A DNA stretch of 61,705 bases, taken from assembly GCA_003249165.1 (NCBI GenBank), contig QKJV01000332.1:1-61705 (forward strand), written 5' to 3'. A program made the translations under genes and the position numbers. Below the pieces are notes generated by a model that was not told the DNA's origin, did not search any database, and worked only from the letters and a program-made list of their open reading frames with translations. Shown one piece after another: positions 55,339 through 61,705 of this stretch. Position 1 is the first letter of the stretch. Every line of letters begins with the position of its first letter. This DNA comes from Desulfobulbaceae bacterium (lineage in GTDB: Bacteria > Desulfobacterota > Desulfobulbia > Desulfobulbales > SURF-16).

Positions 55339-55536
55339 ATGATTGATGAAAAGCCGGAAATCGAAAATAAGACTGTTCCACAGGAGCAATTGCAGCGTGA
55401 AGTGGATTATGCAAGGGCACAGCGGGTGCTTAAGTCCATGCTTGAAAATGGACTTATTTCCTTGTCGGAATTCAACAAGATAACAGCGTTAAACCGCCAA
55501 TCTTTCTCTCCTGCGCTGGCACAGATTATGCCCTAA
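55339..55536 (+). CDS. small protein preceding the recombinases (65 aa)
   Basis: Track ORF. No recognised domain. Could be a directionality or regulatory factor (speculative). Confidence 0.45.
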   Translation: MIDEKPEIENKTVPQEQLQREVDYARAQRVLKSMLENGLISLSEFNKITALNRQSFSPALAQIMP

Positions 55537-55595
55537 AACCGTTGATATTACTTAGGTTTAGAGGTAATATGTGACACTGACAAGGAGGTGATAGT

Positions 55596-57158
55596 TTGAA
55601 AAAGGTAACAAAAATCGCTCAAAATAATGATAATCATACCGAACATTCCAAACTGCGTGTTGCGGCATATTGCCGCGTATCCACCGATAGCGATGATCAG
55701 CTGGTCAGCCTTGAAACACAAATAAAGCACTATGAATCCTACATCAATGCAAATCCCGACTGGGAGTTTGCAGGGCTTTATTATGACGAAGGCATCACCG
55801 GCACAAAAAAGGAAAAACGTCCTGAATTGCTTCGGATGATTGCCGACTGTGAAAATAAGCAAATAGACTTCATCGTAACTAAATCAATCAGCCGGTTTGC
55901 CAGGAACACTACCGACTGCCTGGAACTGGTGAGAAAGCTACTTGACCTCGGTATATGTATTTATTTTGAGAAAGAAAACATAAACACCGGGTCAATGGAA
56001 AGTGAACTCATGCTGTCAATCCTAAGTGGACTGGCCGAAAGCGAGTCGGTCTCTATCTCGGAAAACAGCAAGTGGTCGGTAAAGCGCAGATTTCAAAACG
56101 GCACCTTTAAAATATCCTATCCTCCCTACGGTTATGAAACTGATGATGGGAAGTTGGTCGTGAACAAAACACAGGCTGATATTGTCCGTTTTATATTCGC
56201 TGAAATTTTGTCCGGTAAGGGCACCCACAAAATTGCGGATGAGTTGAACCGATGCAACATACCTTCCAAGAAAGGTGGTCGTTGGACGGCGACAACTATT
56301 CGTGGGATGGTAGGAAACGAAAAATACTCCGGTGATGCCATTTTTCAAAAGACCTATACCGATGAGTATTTTAGTCGTCACTATAATTATGGTGAGCAAG
56401 AGCAATATCTTATGAAAAACCATCATGATGCGATTATCAGCCATGAAGATTTTGAAGCAGCACAGACCATCATTAATCAGCGCGGTAAAGAAAAAGGTGT
56501 GGTAAAGCATCATGGCAAATACCAGAACCGATACCCCTTTTCGGGTAAAATTATTTGCGGTAAGTGTGGCGGCAAATTCAAACGCCGCATCCATTCCACA
56601 GGCAGACATAATATTGCCTGGTGCTGTACCAACCACATATCGGACATCGGAAAATGCTCCATGAAATACATCCCCCAGTCCGATTTTGAATATGCTTTTG
56701 TCACTATGATGAACAAACTCATTTTCGGACACCAGACAGTACTCAGACCACTGCTTATAGCCTTACGAGAAATAAACTCAGATGACAGTCTGGCAACCAT
56801 ACGGGAACTTGACAAAAAACTCGAAGAAAATGCAGAACAGAGAAATGTACTGGTCGGTCTTATGACCAAAGGCTACCTTGAGCCGGCAGTATATAAAAAG
56901 AGTAATAATGAACTTTTGCAGGAGGCAGAACGTATACAACGCCAGAAGGAATCCTTACTCCGCTTTTTGAACAGCGACAGTAAAAACCAGAGTGAAGTCA
57001 GTGCAATTCTGCAATACGCTACCAAGGCGGCAATGTTGAAAGGCTTTGACAGTGATATTTTTGGGCGTTTTGTGGAGCGGATTATTGTTTACTCCCGAAC
57101 GGAAATTGGGTTTGAATTAAAATGCGGAATTACGCTGAAAGAAAGGTTGGTGAGATAA
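55596..57158 (+). CDS. large serine recombinase (1 of 3)
   Basis: 520 aa. Catalytic N-terminus [16 protein letters not shown], recombinase domain, zinc ribbon CGKCGGKF..WCC. Confidence 0.9.
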   Translation: MKKVTKIAQNNDNHTEHSKLRVAAYCRVSTDSDDQLVSLETQIKHYESYINANPDWEFAGLYYDEGITGTKKEKRPELLRMIADCENKQIDFIVTKSISRFARNTTDCLELVRKLLDLGICIYFEKENINTGSMESELMLSILSGLAESESVSISENSKWSVKRRFQNGTFKISYPPYGYETDDGKLVVNKTQADIVRFIFAEILSGKGTHKIADELNRCNIPSKKGGRWTATTIRGMVGNEKYSGDAIFQKTYTDEYFSRHYNYGEQEQYLMKNHHDAIISHEDFEAAQTIINQRGKEKGVVKHHGKYQNRYPFSGKIICGKCGGKFKRRIHSTGRHNIAWCCTNHISDIGKCSMKYIPQSDFEYAFVTMMNKLIFGHQTVLRPLLIALREINSDDSLATIRELDKKLEENAEQRNVLVGLMTKGYLEPAVYKKSNNELLQEAERIQRQKESLLRFLNSDSKNQSEVSAILQYATKAAMLKGFDSDIFGRFVERIIVYSRTEIGFELKCGITLKERLVR

Positions 57159-57590
57159 ATGGGACATACACCATATGGCTACCGGATTGAAAACGGAAAA
57201 GCGGTAATTGATGAAACAGCCAGCAAACAAGTAAAAACCCTGTTTCAGTCCTATCTGACAGGCGATTCATTAGCAACCGCTGCAAAGAAAGCTGGTATCA
57301 AAGCCTTCCATGCGGGAATCGGAAAAAATCTTCAGAATACTCACTATCTCGGTGATGAATATTATCCAGCGATTATCGACCCGGACACTTTTGAAGCCGC
57401 ACAGGAGGAACGCATCAAGCGGGCTGAAAAGCTTGGTCGTATTCGAGAACCAAAAGAAGAAATAAAGGTCGTCTATCCCACTTCCTTTCGCATCAGCGAA
57501 GGGACAAAGCGGTTTGACGACCCGTTCCAGCAGGCGGAATACGCCTATAGTCTTATAGAAAGTGAGGTGCATGAAAATGGAGGTCAGTAA
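57159..57590 (+). CDS. recombinase-domain-only protein (2 of 3; lacks the catalytic resolvase domain)
   Basis: 143 aa. [20 protein letters not shown] resembles the 'recombinase' domain of large serine recombinases. There is no STD catalytic motif. Confidence 0.65.
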   Translation: MGHTPYGYRIENGKAVIDETASKQVKTLFQSYLTGDSLATAAKKAGIKAFHAGIGKNLQNTHYLGDEYYPAIIDPDTFEAAQEERIKRAEKLGRIREPKEEIKVVYPTSFRISEGTKRFDDPFQQAEYAYSLIESEVHENGGQ

Positions 57591-59145
57591 GAATGTAACC
57601 GTGATCCCGGCAAGGAAGCATACCCGAAAGAGTAATGATGAAGAAAAACCAAAACTTCGGGTGGCTGCCTACTGCCGTGTTTCCACAGACAGCGATGAGC
57701 AATCCACCAGCTATGAAGCGCAGATTGAACACTATACTGCATATATTAATGCCTGTCCCGATTGGGAACTTGCCGGAATTTATGCCGACGATGGTATATC
57801 GGGAACTAACACAAAAAAGCGTGATGAATTCAACCGTATGATTGACGAATGCATGGCGGGTAATGTCGATATGGTTATTACAAAATCAATCAGCAGGTTT
57901 GCCCGAAATACACTTGATTGCCTAAAATATATCCGTCAGCTGAAGGAAAAAAACATATCCGTCTATTTTGAAAAAGAAAACATCAACTCCATGGATTCAA
58001 AGGGCGAGGTCATGCTCACAATTATGGCGTCACTTGCACAGCAGGAAAGCCAATCCTTAAGTCAGAACGTGAAGCTGGGTCTGCAATATCGTTACCAACA
58101 GGGTGAAATCCAAATCAACTGCAAATGGTTTCTCGGATACACAAAAGATGAGAATAAACACTTGGTGGTAGTGCCAGAGGAAGCCGAAATTGTAAAGCGC
58201 ATCTTCCGGGAATACCTTGAGGGAGCGAGTATGCTGAAAATCGCCCGCGGTTTGGAAGCGGACGGTATACAAAACGGAGCAGGTAAAGAAAAGTGGCACA
58301 CCAGCAATATCAACACAATTTTGCGGAATGAAAAGTACATCGGCGATGCCCTTTTGCAGAAAACCTACACCGTTGACTTCCTCACAAAAAAGCGGGTCAA
58401 GAATAACGGACTTGTACCACAATACTATGTGGAAAACAGCCATGAAGCCATTATCCCGCGTGAAATTTTCATGCAGGTTCAGGAAGAACTGGTTCGGCGC
58501 CGAAGCGTTCATACCAGCAAGAATGGTAAAAACAGAACTTTTAGCAGTAACCATTGCTTTTCCCAGATGATATTCTGCGGCAACTGCGGCGAAGTGTTCC
58601 GCAGGGTCCACTGGAACAACCGTGGCAAAAAGTCCGTGGTCTGGCGCTGCGTCAGTCGCCTGGAAAATACCGGACTGTTCTGCGATGCCCGCACGGTACT
58701 GGAAAGCACCATCGAGCGGGTACTGGTCACCGCTATCAACCAAACATTATGCGACAAAGACGAATTCCTTACCACCTTGCAGAGCAACATCAAAACTGTC
58801 CTATGTTATGAAAATAATCAGACACTTGCTGATATCGAAAAACGGCTGGCAGAACTTCAGATGGAACTTCTGAAACTGGCAAACTCCAAAGCTGACTATG
58901 AGGATGTCGCAGATGAGATTTACCGCCTACGTGAGCAAAAGCAACAGGTGCAAGTTGAAAATGCAGGGCGGGATGAATTGAAAAAACGCATTGCCGACAT
59001 GGGCGCTTTTCTGCGGGAACAGCCCACCGCCCTGACCGAATACGATGAGCCGCTCGTCCGACGGCTGATTGAGAAAGTCACCGTTTTTGAGGGTAAGTTT
59101 ACGGTGGAATTCAAATCCGGTGTGACCGTGGACGTGAATGAATAG
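57562..59145 (+). CDS. large serine recombinase (3 of 3)
   Basis: [16 protein letters not shown], zinc ribbon [11 protein letters not shown], coiled-coil tail. The real start is probably ATG 57577 behind GAGGTG. Confidence 0.9.
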   Translation: MRCMKMEVSKNVTVIPARKHTRKSNDEEKPKLRVAAYCRVSTDSDEQSTSYEAQIEHYTAYINACPDWELAGIYADDGISGTNTKKRDEFNRMIDECMAGNVDMVITKSISRFARNTLDCLKYIRQLKEKNISVYFEKENINSMDSKGEVMLTIMASLAQQESQSLSQNVKLGLQYRYQQGEIQINCKWFLGYTKDENKHLVVVPEEAEIVKRIFREYLEGASMLKIARGLEADGIQNGAGKEKWHTSNINTILRNEKYIGDALLQKTYTVDFLTKKRVKNNGLVPQYYVENSHEAIIPREIFMQVQEELVRRRSVHTSKNGKNRTFSSNHCFSQMIFCGNCGEVFRRVHWNNRGKKSVVWRCVSRLENTGLFCDARTVLESTIERVLVTAINQTLCDKDEFLTTLQSNIKTVLCYENNQTLADIEKRLAELQMELLKLANSKADYEDVADEIYRLREQKQQVQVENAGRDELKKRIADMGAFLREQPTALTEYDEPLVRRLIEKVTVFEGKFTVEFKSGVTVDVNE

Positions 59146-59155
59146 GTATAAAAAC

Positions 59156-59204
59156 AAACAAGGCACTCTACGATGTGATTTTGTGTAGGGTGCCTTGTTT
59201 TTTA
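59156..59204 (+). terminator. rho-independent terminator after the recombinase operon
   Basis: 15-bp stem aaacaaggcactcta / tagggtgccttgttt followed by a T run. Confidence 0.65.
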
Positions 59205-59236
59205 GTATAAACATAAAGCAAATCTCATTATTCTCT

Positions 59237-61075
59237 TCACGATAAATGTAGTTTCTCAGCTAAAAGGTCTTTATCAAATCCTATCTGTACAAATTCATAG
59301 AAAGCTGTTCCATCAGGCGAAAAGATACTAACATCATTTTGCTTAATAAAAATTGGTGTTTTTATTGCTCCAATATTCATTTTAATCCATTCATCACTTT
59401 CTACAGGTATATCCCAAAAATCTTGAATTGAAACCTTGGCTTCCGTTGCGATTGTTTTCAAATATTCGACTGTATTATCATTAGAGTCTATTTTTTTAAT
59501 AAAATGCAAAATGTGTTTTTCTCGCAACCACTTTAATGGTTCGATAATTTCAGTGCCATTAGAGTAAATCAATATTATTTCAGAGTGCGGATGTAAGTCA
59601 TTCCAACAAAGCATTTTATATTTATCAATTAGTTGTTCAATACTGTCGGTAGTTCCGTCTTTTCCTATAAATCTGTTATAAAGGTTTCTAAATATTTTAC
59701 AGGCATCATTTAAATTCGAATCATTAATTATAAAAGGATCTTCTTTGTCATGTAATGCTTCATCGATATAGGTCTCCAATTGAAAGGCTTTTAGCTGATT
59801 ACAATTGCTGTCGAGAGAATTCAACATATGTAATGCTAACTGCATATGTTGAGAACTTCCATTATCCAGCAAACTCATAAAGCAGCCACTAACATTCATC
59901 ATTTTACTTAGTAAATTTTGAAGTTTCATAGGGAGCCGATATGCTCTCATAGCACTTCTTGTATCGCTGAGAAAGCTATATATAATCTCTCTATCGTGTT
60001 CATTATACATTTTATCGGTTATAGGAACTGTGAAAAATTTAGGCACAGTCCAGCAAAATTTATCTCTTAATATGTAACTGTACATCTTATCGTCATAGGG
60101 TTCAATAGCTGGAATGACTATGTTATATGCACACCATTGACTTGGCCACATACTTGTATCAATACAAGTGAAATATGAAATACCTTGTACTACTAAATTA
60201 TTGCGCTGAACCCACTGCATAAGCATTTGAGGAATAATGTATTCCTGTTTGTATGGAACCTTACCGCTCTGATTCACAAATGAACAAGCTAATATCAAAG
60301 GATAGATTTTCAAATACTTGGTAACGACGTCTATCCAAAGGTCAAAATGATTATACTTTATGGATGTCCCCCAATTGCAAATTTCGTCTGGAGAATACAA
60401 AGAGAGGAATCGTAGTTCCTTGTCGAACAATCGGTTTTCAAAAGTCGAATCATAGCTATACTCATACTGATATTCAGAATAATAGTATTTTTGCGGATAT
60501 CCGCATTCCTGCCAAGCTAAAGGAAGCATTGTCGATAAATACAGGCTTGGGAAACCCGCTAAACTGAATCGTTCGTTATTAGAATATGCCCGCTTGGAAA
60601 GCGGAAGATGGAATAGTTCATCTGCATTTTGCGAAATATTGTAAGATTCATATTCAACAGGCCTAACCCTAAAATATCGATATCCTGGAGTGGTGCGAAA
60701 TCTTGTCCAAAAAGTCTGCTCATTAGTAGTTATTTGAACGTGGTCATCAATCGAACTGATAAAAATATCATCTTTTATTCTGCTCATCAATATATCAAAT
60801 TCTTCTTGAGCATTTTTAAGATTAGCACTTTGGTAATGCTTTAATATATTAAGGAGAGAGTCTATATTTAATTTTGTTGCATCACAAATCTCAGACATTT
60901 TATGTTTAATTTTTGCTTCTTCATCATTCTTAAATTCTTCGCCGTTACATTGGAGAAGAAATGATACAAAGGCATCCGTTTCTTCTCTAAACTTGTCAGA
61001 AATAATAAAATCATTATTAAAATACCTTTTAGGCAATGTTATTTTTCGCAACATCTCTTCTATTTTTAATGCCAT
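59237..61075 (-). CDS. RES-domain protein (612 aa)
   Basis: Start moved to ATG 61075 behind AGAAGGGA. YFRVRP..LFHLPLSKRAYSNNERFSLAGFPSLYLSTMLPLAWQEC fits the R..(G)RFN..G.P.LY.S....A..E pattern of RES domains. Confidence 0.65.
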   Translation of the reverse strand: MALKIEEMLRKITLPKRYFNNDFIISDKFREETDAFVSFLLQCNGEEFKNDEEAKIKHKMSEICDATKLNIDSLLNILKHYQSANLKNAQEEFDILMSRIKDDIFISSIDDHVQITTNEQTFWTRFRTTPGYRYFRVRPVEYESYNISQNADELFHLPLSKRAYSNNERFSLAGFPSLYLSTMLPLAWQECGYPQKYYYSEYQYEYSYDSTFENRLFDKELRFLSLYSPDEICNWGTSIKYNHFDLWIDVVTKYLKIYPLILACSFVNQSGKVPYKQEYIIPQMLMQWVQRNNLVVQGISYFTCIDTSMWPSQWCAYNIVIPAIEPYDDKMYSYILRDKFCWTVPKFFTVPITDKMYNEHDREIIYSFLSDTRSAMRAYRLPMKLQNLLSKMMNVSGCFMSLLDNGSSQHMQLALHMLNSLDSNCNQLKAFQLETYIDEALHDKEDPFIINDSNLNDACKIFRNLYNRFIGKDGTTDSIEQLIDKYKMLCWNDLHPHSEIILIYSNGTEIIEPLKWLREKHILHFIKKIDSNDNTVEYLKTIATEAKVSIQDFWDIPVESDEWIKMNIGAIKTPIFIKQNDVSIFSPDGTAFYEFVQIGFDKDLLAEKLHLS

Positions 61076-61180
61076 ATAGTCCCTTCTTTCAATTAGCAAA
61101 CTTCCTGTTATTGCTACTACCAGCTATTTAATTGAACTTCACATTTTTGTCACAACACTGCTTCATCAAACTTTTTTACT

Positions 61181-61210
61181 ATTATAATTGATAAGTTGTA
61201 AAAATGTAAA
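61181..61210 (-). promoter_or_regulatory. candidate promoter of the RES gene
   Basis: The minus strand reads TTTACA (61205-61210), an 18-nt spacer, then TATAAT (61181-61186). Confidence 0.45.
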
Positions 61211-61219
61211 ACTACGTCT

Positions 61220-61338
61220 ACATCCAACCTGCTCTGTCAACCTCGGATTTTTGAAAAAACATCTAATCTGCTCTGTACGCTACCTCTAACATCTAATCTG
61301 CTCTGTACCGAACACCTGACATCTAATCTGCTCTGTAC
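61220..61338 (+). repeat. three perfect 20-bp direct repeats at exactly 30-bp phasing plus one degenerate copy (right arm)
   Basis: acatctaatctgctctgtac occurs at 61259, 61289 and 61319. A degenerate copy catccaacctgctctgtcaa lies at 61221. Confidence 0.8.
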
Positions 61339-61363
61339 GGTTCAAAATTTGCCCTTTTGACTT

Positions 61364-61380
61364 ATTCCCGTGAACCGATA
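61364..61380 (+). repeat. inverted copy of the rumA att-core half-site (right arm)
   Basis: attcccgtgaaccgata. Positional homologue of 5278-5295. Confidence 0.45.
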
Positions 61381-61456
61381 ATACCACAGTTTCTGATCAT
61401 CGGTTTTCAACCAGTAAAATTCACAAATCCCCTTATTTCAAGCCTTTTACACACAC

Positions 61457-61705
61457 TTACTCTTTCGCCCTTGACATCAATACCACGCACTCGACGTGCG
61501 TCGTTCTTGGGAACATATCAACAGCCCTTGCCCTTAATATATGATAGCCTTTTTTACAAAAGAACGCACAGTCACGTGCAGCTGTTGCAGGATTGCAGGA
61601 AATCATCACTATTTTAGATGGTGACATTTTAAGTATCGCTTCAAGAGTATTGCTATCACAGCCTTTGCGAGGTGGATCGACAACAATTAAATCAGGGGCA
61701 GTATT
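61457..61705 (-). CDS. rumA: 3' end of a RumA/TrmA-family rRNA (uracil-5)-methyltransferase gene (5' part off-window)
   Basis: Reverse complement reads NTAPDLIVVDPPRKGCDSNTLEAILKMSPSKIVMISCNPATAARDCAFFCKKGYHILRARAVDMFPRTTHVECVVLMSRAKE*. The DPPR.G, SCNPAT.ARD and VDMFP.T.HVE blocks are family hallmarks. Missing from the ORF track because the gene start lies off-window and the longest in-window Met-initiated piece is short. Confidence 0.8.
   Translation of the reverse strand, partial: NTAPDLIVVDPPRKGCDSNTLEAILKMSPSKIVMISCNPATAARDCAFFCKKGYHILRARAVDMFPRTTHVECVVLMSRAKE

Larger units (their letters stand above)
19032..59204. mobile_element. siphovirus-type temperate prophage core (~40 kb)
   Basis: Complete lysogeny, replication, packaging, head, tail, lysis and recombinase gene order on one strand. 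The outer boundaries are not established, because no att duplication was found at these edges. Confidence 0.85.
5412..61499. mobile_element. composite ~56-kb island (island 1) inserted in the rumA 3' end: defence block + prophage + RES gene
   Basis: Bounded by the live rumA crossover point (about 61496-61502) and the stub junction at 5411/5412. Contains a serine-recombinase triplet. It is not resolved whether this is one element or several nested ones. Confidence 0.5.

Noticed and set aside
61220-61338. Plasmid or phage iteron origin
   Set aside because: No rep/initiator gene or AT-rich unwinding element is adjacent. The repeats belong to a conserved island arm next to an integration site, so recombinase or regulator binding is more plausible. 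Kept as a finding but not called an origin.
61357-61617. 86-aa plus-strand ORF at the right end, and 735-935 plus-strand ORF at the left
   Set aside because: Both are antisense to, or overlap, the rumA coding pieces and arms identified here. They have no RBS or motif.

Overview
This looks like a low-GC Bacillota (Clostridia-like) chromosome segment, made up almost entirely of mobile DNA stacked in the 3' end of a RumA-family rRNA (uracil-5)-methyltransferase gene. The gene body enters from the right edge (61457-61705, minus strand) and is not in the ORF track. Its C-terminal coding motif (..VDMFPRT|THVE..) recurs as displaced stubs at 5373-5411 and 508-822. It also recurs as three degenerate half-copies at 5459-5562. 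These copies divide the window into two islands. Island 2 (823-5411) is AT-rich, has no recombinase, and carries three QueG/reductive-dehalogenase-like Fe-S paralogs plus MarR. Island 1 (5412 to about 61500, ~56 kb) has three parts. The first is a co-directional minus-strand defence block: XRE HTH, type I R-M hsdM/S/R, a 1529-aa GHKL-ATPase + DUF3883-nuclease protein, a YjbR-like protein and a membrane-anchored 472-aa protein. The second is a ~40-kb, visibly GC-richer siphovirus-type prophage. It has an XRE/ImmA switch, sigma-like regulators, a DUF2800-DUF2815-PolA-VirE-VRR-NUC-SNF2 replication module, HNH/TerS, and a MetK + ParB-MTase + giant C5-MTase cassette. It continues with TerL-portal-ClpP-HK97 capsid, tail genes, holin/amidase and a serine-recombinase triplet. 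The third part is an AT-rich RES-domain gene. Each island carries its own short rumA stub plus a homologous ~250-bp arm with three 30-bp-phased direct repeats, an SCCmec/orfX-like accretion architecture. The best candidates for something new are the rumA hotspot architecture with its odd core-site array, and the GHKL-DUF3883/YjbR/membrane-protein trio fused onto the type I R-M operon. Also of note are a 4-copy fixed-spacing promoter-like motif, probably read by the phage sigma-like factor, and a C5-methyltransferase with about 11 tandem TL-type target-recognition-like units. No rRNA, tRNA or CRISPR array was seen. All calls come from reading motifs by eye; no database search was possible.
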